The position numbers were made by a program, and so were the translations under genes. A DNA stretch of 62,680 nt, the filler included, from Nemertoderma westbladi (lineage: Eukaryota; Animalia; Xenacoelomorpha), in NCBI GenBank assembly GCA_032718475.1. It is 3 parts of 3 records of this genome, joined end to end, with 100 filler letters (N's around TTAATTAATTAA, not from the genome) between each part and the next. Parts side by side here need not be neighbours in the genome. Positions count along the whole stretch, not along the records: positions 1 to 21,499 come from JAUCBJ010005929.1; 2 more parts are not named here. The stretch is one strand, 5' to 3'. Below the pieces are notes generated by a model that was not told where the DNA came from, did not search any database, and was given only the letters and a program-made list of their open reading frames with translations. Positions 1-13,502 of this stretch are shown in pieces. The stretch's first letter is position 1; each line of letters begins with the position of its first letter.

Positions 1-555
1 AAAATAATTATCTGGGTAGGTCTCTGTTTCAACTCTTAGAGATTATTTTACCCATTAACTTAACTTAGTGCAGGTGAACCCCTTTAGGTAAGGAGAAAAA
101 TATACTGAATCATGAAATAATACAACCAGCCAAAAAGATACAAAAGGTATATTTTAGTAGCTTAATATATTAATTAACAAATATATTTAACTAGTTCCCT
201 CCCCACTATTAAATACTATATATATTTATACTTGTTTTCCACACTGTTTATTCCACACTGTACCGTTTCTAGGTTAATTGTATTTCTTTGTTTTATATAA
301 AACACTTAAATCCCTATTTATTTTATTATTAATAAACAGGGTTGGTTTTTTATTTGATTTATTTCTAGTTGTATGAGTAATTAATTAATTATGTTGATCT
401 TTTGAAAATTAGCTAAGATTAAATTATTATTAAGACATCTACATTAGCAATCTATATTTTTTCTCATCTCAACACCATTTTCATGTAGTTGTTAGTTAAA
501 AGCACCGACATGTGCTTTACTGCGCACGTAGTTGAATCCAATTGAAAGTGGTTTT

Positions 556-1191
556 TGTGACGGGATCAAGGGATCCCGACCGGATTTGCCTATTACGCGT
601 CACCGAGTTTACCTTTGGGTGATACCTAGGCCGAGGCCGTTGCAGTAAAACGATAAGAGTTAATTGATGTTTCTTGATGTTCGGATAATGAATATATATG
701 TGATAACACAGTAAGAGTTACAGTTAGGCAGCATTGATATATGATGGATGCTGTACCGGTAAATATATGTATTGGTGACAGTGACGGTATAGAATATCAC
801 CGGTCTGCACTGAACTGACGACTGAGTAACTGAACCGGTAATGTTATGCATTGACAATATATATGTAATCATTTCTACACTACTGTGGCCTTTCGTCCAG
901 TGGATGCTCTCCCCCGCCCCTATTGGCTGATAATCTACTTCACGCCTCTCACCTCTCTGAGAGTGCTTCCCCCCCCCCCCCCCCCCCCCCCTGTTGGCCC
1001 CTGTTGGTTATTTTCCCTCCCGAGGTGGTTTGACCTCTAACCTCCCTTTGTGTGGCTTTGGGTTCGTGTTATCCCCGGTTATTGGTTGTGATACGAGATT
1101 GATTATTACCAATCTCGACTCCAATATTGCTGAAAAGGCGCCACTGTCCTAACTTTGTGAGGGTAATGCAGCGGAATTGAATCCGCTCACA
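556..1191. mobile_element. Solo LTR (BEL/Pao-related family)
   Basis: Starts TGTGACGGGATC and ends ATCCGCTCACA. Flanked by exact 5-bp TSD GTTTT (551-555, 1192-1196). Both termini resemble the LTRs at 2985-3574 and 7705-8283. Confidence 0.85.
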
Positions 1192-1694
1192 GTTTTCACT
1201 GCGTAATCTTCGCAATTTTATGCTATAATTGAAACCACAATAAAAATAGAATTATTTAATACACCGGGGAAACTTTAGTTGTTTTTTTTACGCCCGTGAG
1301 ATTGTGGATATTTCACGAGGGCGTCAACTTGGAAAAGTAACTAATGGCGTAATGGAAAAATGGAATAAACAAGTTATTTTCTGGTGGATTGCTACGGTGT
1401 TGATTTACCGCCATTTTCCTTTTTTCATTTCTAATTAATATTTACTTTACTTTTCATTTCTCTTCTCTTAAAATTTACTTTACTTTTGATTCCTATTTTA
1501 TAGATTCGATTCAACGCTGTGATGATAGATTTGTTATGTGTGTTCTTACAGCTAACCCTAAGTTAGGTGAGAACTTGGTTATTGGTTAGGCATTGGGTTG
1601 CTTATCCGAGGATTTCTAATAATAAAGAAAAATCAATACGCAAATCAGCCTGTAGGCCATGGAACATAAATTGAAATAATTGACACGTAATCAG

Positions 1695-2553
1695 AAATAA
1701 AAAGTAAAGTTAATAAAATAGGAATAAAAGTAAAGTAAAGTTTATAAAATAGGAATAAAAAGTAAAGTTAATAAAATAGGAATAAAAGTAAAGTAAAGTT
1801 AATAAAATAGGAATAAAAAGTAAAGTTAATAAAATAGGAATAAAAAGTAAAGTAAAGTTAATAAAATAGGAATAAAAGTAAAGTAAAGTTAATAAAATAG
1901 GAATAAAAGTAAAGTAAAGTTAATAAAATAGGAATAAAAGTAAAGTAAAGTTAATAAAATAGGAATAAAAGTAAAGTAAAGTTAATAAAATAGGAATAAA
2001 AGTAAAGTAAAGTTAATAAAATAGGAATAAAAGTAAAGTAAAGTTAATAAAATAGGAATAAAAGTAAAGTAAAGTTAATAAAATAGGAATAAAAAGTAAA
2101 GTAAAGTTAATAAAATAGGAATAAAAGTAAAGTAAAGTTAATAAAATAGGAATAAAAGTAAAGTAAAGGTAATAAAATAGGAATAAAAGTAAAGAAAAGT
2201 TGATAAAATAGGAATAAAAGGAAAATAAAGTTAATAAAATAGGAATAAAAGTAAAGTAAAGTTAATAAAATAGGAATAAAAGTAAAGTAAAGTTAATAAA
2301 ATAGGAATAAAAGTTAATAAAATAGGAATAAAAATAAAGTAAAGTTAATAAAATAGGAATAAAAGTAAAGTAAAGTTAATAAAATAGGAATAAAAGTAAA
2401 GTAAAGTTAATAAAATAGGAATAAAAGTAAAGTAAAGTTAATAAAATAGGAATAAAAAGTAAAGTTAATAAAATAGGAATAAAAAGTAAAGTAAAGTTAA
2501 TAAAATAGGAATAAAAAGTAATGAAAAGTTAATAAAACAGGAATGAAAAGTAA
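1695..2553. repeat. AT-rich 31-bp tandem repeat (AAAATAGGAATAAAAGTAAAGTAAAGTTAAT)
   Basis: 31-nt period read directly (ATAAAATAGG at 1861 and 1892), with some shorter variant units. Confidence 0.95.
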
Positions 2554-5259
2554 ATCGTCATCGTCAGATAAATTTTTTGTTAATAAAATTTAATACTATT
2601 TATAACAAACCTAAAAAATTAACATAAATTTGCAGCGCCACCTAGCGGTGCAGAAATATTTTCACAAAATTTCGCCTGATAGTTATGTTGCCCCATCTTT
2701 GATCTATCATATAAAAAACTTCCATGTGATTAGATTCCAAACTGGAGAAGCCTTAAGGTTTTAAGCGCAACCAAGGTTTTTTTTATGTTAACTAGTATTA
2801 ACTAATATTAAATAGCGAAAAATAAAATTTTTCTGACCTGTCATGTAGAATAGCATCTTAGGTACCTATATTCCAAATTGTAGCCAAAACCAAACAAAAT
2901 TGAAACGCTGAGAGTGATAAATCGAAGAGTTGTCCGAAAATTGTCTTGTCTCGTCTTAACACAACACAATGATGGCACTATGAATGTGACGGGATCCGAG
3001 TTGGCGAGGATCCTGACTGGATTTTGTGTAGTGGTTCATAAGCGTCACCGCGTGCTAATGGCTGAAGGCTTGGGGCTGAAAGGCCGAAGGCCGATATAAT
3101 AAACTGAGTTAATAACTGAGTCCGTGATTATTAGTAATGTCAGATATATGAGCATCAGTAATGCAGCACAATAATAGCAGTAATGGCGACGGTTGAAAAC
3201 CGGTTGACTTCTACACTCTACATAGCCAACTGAAGCACAATTAACAGAGTAACGGTTATATATATTACATGGGATACAAATTCCTACCTATGTTTGGCCT
3301 ACCAATGCTTGCGTGATAATTAATGGTAAACCACCCCATCATTGGTTTAACTGTTCCCTGGCCAATCCCATTTTCCCCTGGCCCTATGCTAGCTTCCCCC
3401 TGAGATGAGCTAATGTGCTGGCATCTCTCTCTCTCTAGCCGGCAATGTATATTGCCCTGGTGTCTTCGGTATGCGATATTATATTGGTAATATCGCATAT
3501 CCCCAATTATTATTCGTAAATTATACCTTTCTCCATTTTACACTGGGTGGTGCAGCAAATTGGATCCGCTAACACCCCTCCCCACCATGCTATCTTCCCG
3601 GTGAGAACATAGCATCAACTTAAAGTGCGCTCCAATTCCGCTGGAATCCAATCTAACATTGGATGTGGGGTGGAGTTCTTTTCTTGGGGCCAGTTTTCCA
3701 GACTGACCCCTCTGGGTCTGTTCTCACTACCCACCCTTGGTACATCTGCGAGCTACAGTAAGTTGTACCAAGGCATCTGGCGTCTCTGTTTAGACGATCG
3801 CCCTTCTTCCTCACCCTATTTTCTAACCCGGACACCATCGTCCAATCTCCTCACCCCTCACCTCGTTACTCCCATAGGACTCATCCTCCATTCTGCTCGC
3901 TCCCCACACTTGAATCTCGCGCCCTTCACCTTTCCTCAAACCCCCTATTCTCAACATCGCTACCATACCATACTAATCACTCAACCCCGTTTCATTCTCA
4001 CTCTCCATACTCCTGTTGGGTTCCCACAGTCTTGCATACATGCACTGTATATGTGGTAAGTGGGTCCTTGTCTCGTCCTCGTGTTTCAGTCAATTAGTCC
4101 CCAGTCGCAGTAGCTAATAGGAAAAGGTTATATGTGACTATAGTACATATGTGGTGGTTTTGCACTACGATTGATTATTTTATAAATCTTATTTATATTA
4201 TTTATAATTAGGGCGGGAATATTTTACTTTAGTTTACAATTCCGGCGCTGCCTTCCAGGCATCCTGATGCTTTCTCGTCATTAAATGACGTCAGCGGACA
4301 ACATCCGGAGCGTTGGTCTAGAATTTTATCCCATCCTTCCAGTTCATCGCAGTTCTTATCTTTTATCCTCGTCCTGGCTTGGACGCTCGCTGCCATCCCG
4401 TTTGTTCTTAGTCGCGGATGTACTTGCCGCCACGGCTTTACTAATCCCTGTTGTCAGTTCCCTGGGTGCGGTTGTTATCATCTCTAGATATTGCTTCACT
4501 GGTGGTCCCATCAAGTGTCCCTCCTACCCATACCCCAGGTTGTGCCCCTCGGGACGTTTCTTATCTCACAGGATATGAGCTCTCATAATAAATCCTAAAC
4601 TCTGCCCTGTTGTTCAATGACCACACATCCAGGTGTCGCTGGGTATTGGTGACCCCTCCGTGCGGCGCGATTGTCGTTACCTCCCGGCAGCCTGGCGGGC
4701 GAACAGTAATTTCCTCCCGGTCGACCCAGGTTTTCCTTTACATGGAACATTCCACCACTTTACGACACAGTGGAGGAGCCTGCTGATCGTTTTATCCACC
4801 TTTATCCAGTGTCCCATGGATCCCCACTAGCCAGTACCTTTGTAACCGTTTCTCCACTATCCCACTCTCTCACCAAAGGTAAGGCTCAGTATGAAAAGAG
4901 ACGACCAATTCTACCTGAATAAGTGTTAAAATCTGGGATTGCCTACCCCTTTCTCCTCTTCCTCCCTATGTGTTGATATTCTCTCTAACCCATGTGACTT
5001 GTCCGTTACCCTTTAATCATGACTCTAGGCTATATATGGTCCCATTGACCCGGCATTAGTACTTTAGCATATAGTGCTCATCAGATGTACATAATGTGTA
5101 CTCATCTAATCCTAAATGTGGTATTTATGTACCCTTATAATCCTAAATAATCTAATCCTAAATGTGGTACTACATACCCTTCTAATCCTAAATATAGTAC
5201 GTATTATGTACTACTATTGGTCCCATTGACACGGCATTAGTGCGTATGTAATTATATAC

Positions 5260-5745
5260 ATTAGTACAGGTGTACTCTTCAGACGTATGTATTGTATATA
5301 CGTTTGTACTCATCAAGCGTACGTAATTGTGTCTACCTACTCCTAAATATTATGTACGTTAGTACAGGTGTACTCATCAGATGTATGTATTGTATATATG
5401 TTAGTACATTTGTACCCATCGGACGTACGTAATATTCATCTAGACCTAAATAACATGTACATTGGTACAGGTGTACTCTTCAGACATATGTATTGTATAT
5501 ATGTTAGTACATTTGTACCCATCGGACGTACGTAATATTCATCTAGACCTAAATAACATGTACATTGGTACAGGTGTACTCTTCAGACAGATGTATTGTA
5601 TGTATGTTAGTACGTTTGTACCCATCGGACGTACGTAATGTTCATCTAGACCTAAATAACATGTACGTTGGTACAGGTGTACTCATCAGACGTATGTATT
5701 GTATATACGTTAGTACGTTTGTACCCATCGGACGTACGTAATTGT
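5260..5745. repeat. ~103-bp tandem repeat inside the LTR element
   Basis: TACAGGTGTACTC...GTACCCATCGGACGTACGTAAT recurs 4-5 times at roughly 100-104 nt spacing. Confidence 0.85.
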
Positions 5746-6749
5746 ATTTTTATTTTGTTATTTTTATATTTTATTTTTGTGGGAAGGGTGTATCACCCTC
5801 ATTCCCACCCCCCTCAGTCCAATTTATTGGACGACTCATCAACCTAGGGGCGATTCTTCCAGCAGGCAACTTTCCCACTGCCCTCTTGTAGGTCTTCTTA
5901 TTATTCGCCCCACTCTCCTTGTCTATCCTAGCTCCCTCGGATCTGACCATTACATCACCCCACAGAACTCCTCATCGTCCCCTGGTGGCAGAATGCCACC
6001 CTTCATCTTGTCATCACTTGGCGGAAGAATGCCACCCTTCATCTCATCGTCACTGGTACATTCCACCTCTGCTGGCCTCCCCCTCAATATGTGCGCTGGC
6101 ATTAAAGCCCCCCATGACCCTTGGTCATCCTTCAGTACGCATTATGGCTTACCATTTAATGCCCCCTCGCATTCTGCCAGCCCCGTGTTCAACACATCTC
6201 ATTTAACTTCCCCGTTCCCGTCACCCTTCATCATCGACTCCTCTCCCTTTGGATCAACCTTCTTATGTTTCTTCCTTTTCCTACTTATCTTCTTATTCGA
6301 TCCCCCTGGTATCTGTACACTCTTTAATTGGATCGGCGTCTCTTCCGGATATCTCTCCGGATATCTTGCCGTCCACTCTTCCCCATCCTTGTACCAGACT
6401 GGCGTCTCTTCCGGACATTTCCCTGGATATCTCAATGTCCACTCTTCCCCATCCTCGTATCAGACCAGCATCTCTTCTGGACATCTCTCCGGATATCTCG
6501 TCATTCACTCTCTTGCTGTTGCTTCTCGTCCTATCTCTTCTACCAACGGCATTTCTCTGGACTCATTCTCCACCCTTTCCACTATGCGCGGTTCCAGATC
6601 CATACCCGCCCTTGACTCCTGATATCCTTCCCCGTGCCGCTTCTCATATGGGATCTCCCCATTGCCTGTCTTTGACTTCTGCTCTACTTCCCCAATGGTA
6701 CCAGACAGCATGCATCCAGATGTTTCGGGTATGTGAAATGGAATGCTGG

Positions 6750-7260
6750 ATTTAATAGGCCCAGTAAGCGTCCATCCAAATGGTGTTAGGATCGCCACTG
6801 GGTCCCGCTCCTTATCATTCCCAAATATCGTCTCTAGCCTCTCATGGGCTGTCGGGCAATCCATCCCAACTATCAGAGACACTGTTGGCACGTCGACGTC
6901 TGGTGTCGACAGGTCAATCGGCGCTCGACTTCAATCTTCGTCAGCCGCCTGGCATTGATGTTTATGAATTGAGTAATACGTATAGGGTCTGTAGTCACTC
7001 GATAGTTGGAATCGGGAGTAACAGCCCCTATCCGACACCTTCCTGTTCTCATTGGAAGAATTTCATCCTTGGCAGATATGGCGGTGACCGCCATCTTACT
7101 CGACCTCGTCTTTAGTTGTAGCCTATCTGCTATCCAGCTTTCCATCAACGTGAATGCTGCCCTACAGTCGATCAACATCAGTGTAGTTACTGATCACCCG
7201 TTCTCTCCCATCATCCTTACTGGCACGACTCCCAGTAACACTGTTCCTTGCTTCTTAAAT
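6750..7260 (-). pseudogene. BEL/Pao aspartic protease remnant (frameshifted)
   Basis: VLLGVVPV...MLIDCRAAFTLM (degenerate D-S/T-G site), then in another frame LIVGMDC...PVAILTPFGWTLTGP, the motif that follows BEL/Pao proteases. Confidence 0.75.
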
Positions 7261-8288
7261 TTCCCAGTACTCGTCACCATTGTTTGGCCTCCTATCTTAG
7301 CGTCTTTGAGGATCCTTCTCGTGGCATTGTACCCGCGTCGTAGGCGATCGCTCGTCCCGACATCCCACTCCTAAATTCCTTGGCCTCCTCTCCTCGTCCA
7401 GCGTGGAAACGTCGCCCCACCGTTGCCGTTCTGGTGGACCGCTCGCTGTCTGTAGCCACTGGTTGGCTGACAACTCCAGTACTCATCTCGCCGCTCCCGT
7501 CCCATGTCAACTCGCGTCCCTCTTTTCGTACCCATCCGTCCTCCTCGACAACCGAACCGTCTTTCCTCGGCGAATCCGGTGTGGCGGGCCAGTACCGCCT
7601 CCCGAATTGTCGCATCTCTATCGCTCGGGGTGCATGGCAGACTCTCTCCCTTCTCCGAACTCTGGGGTGTTCGTTCGCTCATTGTGTTGTCGTTGGGTTT
7701 CAACTGTGACAGGATCCGAGTTGGTGAGGATCCCGACCGGATTTTGTGTCATGGTTCATACGCATCGCCATGTGCTAATGGCTGAAGGCTTGGGGTGAAA
7801 TGCCGAAGGCCGATATAATAAACTGAGTTAATAACTGAGTCCGTGATTATTAGTAATGTCAGATATATGAGCATCCACAATAATAGCAGTAATGGCGACG
7901 GTTGAAAACCGTTTGACTTCTACACTCTACATAGCTAACTGAAGCACAATTAACAGAGTAATGGTTATATATATTACATGGGATACTCATTCCTACCTAT
8001 GTTTAGCCTACCAATGAATGCGCGATAATTAATGGTAAACCACCCCATCATTGGTTGATCTGTTCTCTAGCCAATCCCATTTCCCCCTGGCCTTAAGCTA
8101 GCTTCCCCCTGAGATGAGCTATTGTGCTGGCATCTCTCTCTCTCTCTAGCCAGCAATGTATATTGCCTTGGTGTCTTCGGTATGCGATATTATATTGGTA
8201 ATATTGCATATCCAATTATGATTCATAAATCATACCTTTCCCCATTTTCCGCTGGGTGGAACAGCGAATTAGATCCGCTAACAATGAA

Positions 8289-8720
8289 TCTGTCTGACCA
8301 CTGAGCCCTTGTCGCGACTTTTTGTATTCCGCCATCATCGCATACAAGACAACTGTAAGCAGTAACAATGCTCAAAGAAAAACTCACCAGGTTCAATTGG
8401 AACCAAGCCACACCACTTCAGATTTCTCAATACCGATCTCTAATTTATGATTACATCATGACTATACTAAATCCAGACCACAGATATATCCCATGGGATA
8501 ATGCTAAACTTAATTTCATTTCAAAGGAACTACAGGATATCCTCCTTACATCAGTTTTAAAATTAATTCCATTACAAATGCCTGCAAAAAGACAAAGAAT
8601 ATCAGAATCAGGAATAACAGGCTAAAGAATTAAAATGGAGCTATACAAATTCTGGATATCTAGTGGGAAAGATAACAAAGCAACCTGGGGAAAGCTTTTA
8701 AATCTTCAAAACAGGGCCAT
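8289..8720 (+). pseudogene. CR1/L2-type LINE remnant (end of endonuclease plus linker)
   Basis: NLSDH motif followed by FNWNQAT...Y and YKFWISSGK segments, with stops. Confidence 0.5.
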
Positions 8721-9240
8721 AGACAACTCAAAAACGGTGCAACCTGTTCAACATTGAATAAAATAAATATACCAGGACATTTGATGATTATCATATAAAC
8801 AATATATCTCTATCCTTGACTCCCCACATAAATAAATTATAGATATAATAATTTAGCTGAGTATATTTATATTACAACCTTTAAATAAGTATAAATAACT
8901 ACATAAGATAACTTTATATTGTTATGATTTTCACTTACACAACTTAATTTGTACTAAATAAGATATAATATCAACACTGAATGTAGTTTAGAGTTACTGT
9001 CTTAATTACTAAATTAATATTATATAATAGAGTAGAAAATTATACAGGATTGCGATGGACAAACAGACAAGAAATTCAGCACAATTATAAAATGTAAATA
9101 ATTGGAGCAGCGCAAATCGAGTACAATGGCTAATTATGTTAGGTGTTAGTAAACCTGAGTAAATATTAATTATATTTATTGTCAGGGACAGGATACGATA
9201 CGATATGGAAATGATACAATTCAAACCAATTTACCATAAC

Positions 9241-9465
9241 GGATGTAGGACAATTCGGTCCCGGACAATTCGGCCCCAAAACACTAAATAAATGGGACCG
9301 AATTGTCCGGGACCGAATTGTCCGGGACCGAATTGTCCGGGACCGAATTGTCCGGGACCGAATTGTCCGGGACCGAATTGTACGGGACCGAATTGTCCGG
9401 GACCGAATTGTCCGGGACCGAATTGTACGGGACCGAATTGTCCGGGACCGAATTGTTCTGCTTCC
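9241..9465. mobile_element. Foldback-type MITE with 15-bp internal repeats (GGGACCGAATTGTCC)
   Basis: Inverted termini GGATGTAGGACAATTCGG / CCGAATTGTTCTGCTTCC and exact 8-bp TSD ACCATAAC (9233-9240, 9466-9473). GG ends plus an 8-bp TSD fit Mutator- or Merlin-type elements. Confidence 0.85.
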
Positions 9466-10291
9466 ACCATAACCATGGTAAGATACGAATGCGACTTCGA
9501 TAAAATAAAATTCGAATGCGAAAGCAGAATATAGTGTAGTATTGAAACGGGGATACAAAAAATACTAAATGAAAATTCTATTTAGAATCGTCTCGTCTCC
9601 TGTCCTTGTTTTATCGCAATATTTACTTCTTTCTTAATGTCCCCAGTAAAAAGACATACAAAGTTACAATGTCATATTTGTAAAGAAACCGCGAATTAAT
9701 TATCTTAGTTAATTTAATGCAGTTTCTCAAAGTTGAGATTGAAAATATTAAAAATATAAAATAATGTCTAGGAAAACCAATTCAGAGCTAATAAGGCCAG
9801 ATGTTTGTTCTAGAACAGTAAATCCGAGAGTAACAACTACACTGTCACTAAACTCTCCGACTATAATAATAATATAATAACAAAAACATTTAAAATATTA
9901 ATTATTACTCACAATTATTATTGAGAACAATTTTCGATCTTTCTCTAAACCGAATTAACTTTTAGTGCATTTTAAACAACTTATTGCATAAAACCAAGCA
10001 TCACCCTGCCATATAAACCCAACCCGTTAAACACCGAAAAATAATTAAAACTTCAATAATTTATCGGCGAAAAATCTCGAGGACAATAAGTTATAGAGTT
10101 TAAGTAAATCTAGAATCACTGAAACTAATTAGAAGTTCTAATTAGAGATATATTTGCACAAATACTATAAGAAACAGTAATTATAAATAGTATAGCCAAC
10201 TAAACTGCATCGTAATAAATTAATAATAACAATTTATAGAAACTTATTATTTCGATTTCTATTATAAAGGGATAATATTTAACGAATCAAG

Positions 10292-11035
10292 TTAGAATTT
10301 TGTATCGACGGAAGAGTTTGAAGAGTATTTAGAGGAATCGTGACTGCGGCGTTTGGGGTCGGGTATAGTCTGCAGCGGGGGTTTAGTCGCCGAGTCTGTC
10401 CGCGGTGGACCGGCTGTCCTCGGTAGACTTGTAGTCTTTGTTTTTCCTGCTTCAGAGGATTTCGCCTGATTAATCTTCTCTTCGATGGATTCTTTGTTGA
10501 CTGTTTTAGTTCCCTGAACGTGAACCGTTCGGAGTTTAGGATTGGTTGCACCCCCTACTGAGTCGGGGATGTCCTGAAGGATCTGTAGACCATCTCCGGG
10601 TCCCATATGGGCGATATGGTTAAAGTTACTCGGCATTGAGATCAATTTACTCTTCCGATCAGGGTCTGATTTAAGTGATTTGACCAGCAAGGCGCGCTCT
10701 TCTTCCTTCGTCTTAAAGGAGAACCGTTGTTTACGGATTCCGCTGGAATCAGATTTATAATACTTGCCGATCTCAGAGACAGCCACGCTGTCTTCCTTCT
10801 CGGCTCTGTCGTGTAGGTATACCAGTTGGAGTGGCTCTGTCTCATTGATACACAAGAGAGCCATGTTGTGAGCCGGTTTGAATCCCCGGAGTTGGAGGGT
10901 CTGGATCCACTCGCTGCGTTCGATGTTGAACACAAATAGACCCGAGGCGGTGAACGCGAGGAGGTGGGGGGAACGGAAGGCCACTGATTCCAGAGGGGAG
11001 GGCCACATTAATTCCGACATTCTAGAACGCCGACC
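10292..11035 (-). CDS. gek: MRCK/genghis khan kinase, last exon (end of CNH, CRIB)
   Basis: Acceptor cccag|GGTCGG; GRRSRMSELMW...EWIQTL...; CRIB motif ISMPSNFNHIAHMGPG; ends in a stop codon. Confidence 0.9.
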   Translation of the reverse strand, partial: GRRSRMSELMWPSPLESVAFRSPHLLAFTASGLFVFNIERSEWIQTLQLRGFKPAHNMALLCINETEPLQLVYLHDRAEKEDSVAVSEIGKYYKSDSSGIRKQRFSFKTKEEERALLVKSLKSDPDRKSKLISMPSNFNHIAHMGPGDGLQILQDIPDSVGGATNPKLRTVHVQGTKTVNKESIEEKINQAKSSEAGKTKTTSLPRTAGPPRTDSATKPPLQTIPDPKRRSHDSSKYSSNSSVDTKF

Positions 11036-11740
11036 CTGGGAGTTGGAAACATAACAAATAAAATAAAAATGATATCAGGAAGGCAACAAGATTGTTAATA
11101 ATAATTATAAAAATATCACCATAATTTGTGATTAATTATTAGTTGACTAAGTTTAACTGGTTTGGGTATTAAAGTTCTTCAATATCTACAGTATATGGAT
11201 TAAGATATCTCAAATCATTGCATGTCCCGCGAGTAGTAGGGTCTTGGCCGGCTCGGCGACAGTTGAACCTAACTCATGACTCATCACTTAGGAATGTGAC
11301 ACCTAGGGTGTCATTGATGCCAGACTGTCTAGGTGACACCCAGACAGGGTATGTCCAACTGTCGCCTAGAGGCCTAAGAGGGTGTCCTAAGTGACACCTC
11401 TGCTCTTTTATTTATTAATACTTATTTATTTGTATTTAATTTTAAATTAATTATTTGTATTTAATTTTAAATTAATTAATTGTATTACTTTTACTTTATT
11501 TAATTGTATTACTTTTAATTTATAAATTGATTTCTATTTTTAGAATTACCAATAATTAGTTTTATATATTACTTTCCAAATGAAGTAATTTTGGAAAACT
11601 TTGTCGACAACAACGTAAAGTTGAGTTCACAACTCCGTTATAGAGGTAATGAAATATGGTGTTTTGTTCTTCTTTTAGAAACTAGATTTTTTGGTGTTTT
11701 TTTTTGTGATAAAGAAATTTGATAAAAAATTAATTATTAC

Positions 11741-12379
11741 CTGAGAGTCAACGTAGAGGCCAACCGAAGCGAAACACAAGAGATGCTCATTATCGTTGCC
11801 ATTGGGAACTATGAATGCACCCAGAGGGGCGCTGGGCGCCGCCATAAATACTGTCAATGTGGAATCGTGAGGGTTCACCAGATCTGTCTCACTGAAGTTC
11901 TGCAGGTTGTAGTGAGTGAAACCGCAGTAGTAGCCGGCGATAAGTCGGAACCCAGAAGCGGACATCCAGACAACCGGTCTGGGTGTTCGGAACTCTTTCA
12001 CTTTCCGGTAGCGACCGGTAGCAGACAGCTCGCAGACAGACAGCTGCTGTTTGGCGGCGTAGCAGAGAATATCGGAAGGGGGTTGATCGTGGGAGAGCGA
12101 GACGGAACCGACGGCTATGAGAGAACATCCGCGAGTTTCTACCACTTTAATAGAACCTGTTTCCGCTTCAGGGCCATCTAGCAGTGACGTCATCGGGTAT
12201 AGTTTTACCATGCGGGTTTTTCCCGAGAGTATCACCACCATACGGTTGCTCTCAGCACCCACTATCAGCACCTGGATGACCTTCTTGTTATCACCGACCT
12301 TGAGGATGGATTCCTTGGAGAGATTGACGAGGAATAGTCCATCCTCGCCGCCACAGAGAAGGGAAGAAGAGTCAACAAC
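11741..12379 (-). CDS. gek: MRCK exon (CNH domain)
   Basis: tttaag|GTTGTT acceptor and CAG|gtaat donor. LLCGGEDGLF...ILSGKTRMVKLYP...EHLLCFASVGLYVDSQ is CNH-like. Confidence 0.9.
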
Positions 12380-12699
12380 CTTAAATATATCAAAGTAGTT
12401 TATAGCAGAGTTAATATTGTTAATTCAGTTTGTTAAATACCGAATAATAAAATATCTCCCTAGTAATATTACATTCAAACAACACGTAATATAATATTCA
12501 CCAAAAAATCTCACAAAATATTTATTTAACCTGCAGTCAATATTATTCTCACTAAATATTTGTGAGTGAATAATACCAAACCTGAGTGATGAGTAACAGT
12601 AAATAGACAGTGAGAGAGTAATATAGACTGCCAAACACATTAATCACTGCATATTAGTAAAGCCAAATGTTTAGTAGTTATTGGTAATTATTTGGCAGA

Positions 12700-12730
<31 letters not shown>

Positions 12731-13502
12731 TGGACGCAATAATAATTCATCCCTCTCCAGGGAGGGGAAATTGGACGCAAATAACAGCTGATAATTCTCA
12801 AACATAAAAACTGTAACCTGATCTATTGTGCTTAGTTTATTGTTTTGGTTAAAATATCGCGCCTCTGTAAGCTGCTCCTTTCCCTAAATTGAGAATTTAA
12901 CATTGAGGCGCGCGGGATAGTAATTCGCCAAGGCGGGTTTTGCGTCGAGTCCCCCCCCCCCCCCTGTCTCTTATTTGGTGTATTTAACATTATACTGTAT
13001 ATTTCCAAGGTTTTTTATTTATTTTACGAGTTACTTACCCGGGGCGAAGGCGAGGGCAAGCATCTACTCTATAACTCGTTAAATAACTTAAAACCTTGGT
13101 AATATGTGTGTTATTTATTAGCCATTTCACACTTATAAGCCCTACTCAGATTCTAAAAAGGGTTTTGTTTGCGTTTGTTTTGTTTGTTTGTTAAAAAATG
13201 GGGTTTGGTTTATTGGGGGTTCTTATTAAACTTGGATATAAACAAATAAACTCAGTTTAACACTACAGGTAATATCACATTATTTCCCGGGGGGAAAATA
13301 TATGTGATATTACCCGCATTATTATTGATACTCCCGCTCGCAGCATACAGACATCGGTACTGATACCAGTGCTTCTAAATTTAATATTCTGTACATAAAT
13401 AACTTATGGACTATCTTTGGGTTAGTTTTGGTGATTTTATCTTAACTGCACGCACTACTATATATAAACTCCTCATAAACATTTAATGATAATTAATCTC
13501 AC

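Larger units (their letters stand above)
2985..8283 (-). mobile_element. Two-LTR, non-autonomous/degenerate BEL/Pao retrotransposon
   Basis: Similar LTRs at 2985-3574 and 7705-8283 (TGTGAC...CCGCTAACA) with exact 5-bp TSD ATGAA (2980-2984, 8284-8288). Polypurine tract GGTGGGGAGGGG on the minus strand at 3575-3586. BEL-type protease remnants inside; no recognisable RT. Confidence 0.9.

Noticed and set aside
5777-6755. Plus-strand Ser/Pro-rich ORFs (281, 168 aa)
   Set aside because: Antisense shadows of the purine-rich minus-strand retroelement sequence.
9241-9465. CRISPR-like array or GPGQF repeat protein
   Set aside because: The repeats are head-to-tail with no spacers and are bounded by TIRs and an 8-bp TSD, so this is a MITE. 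The context is eukaryotic and no cas genes are present.
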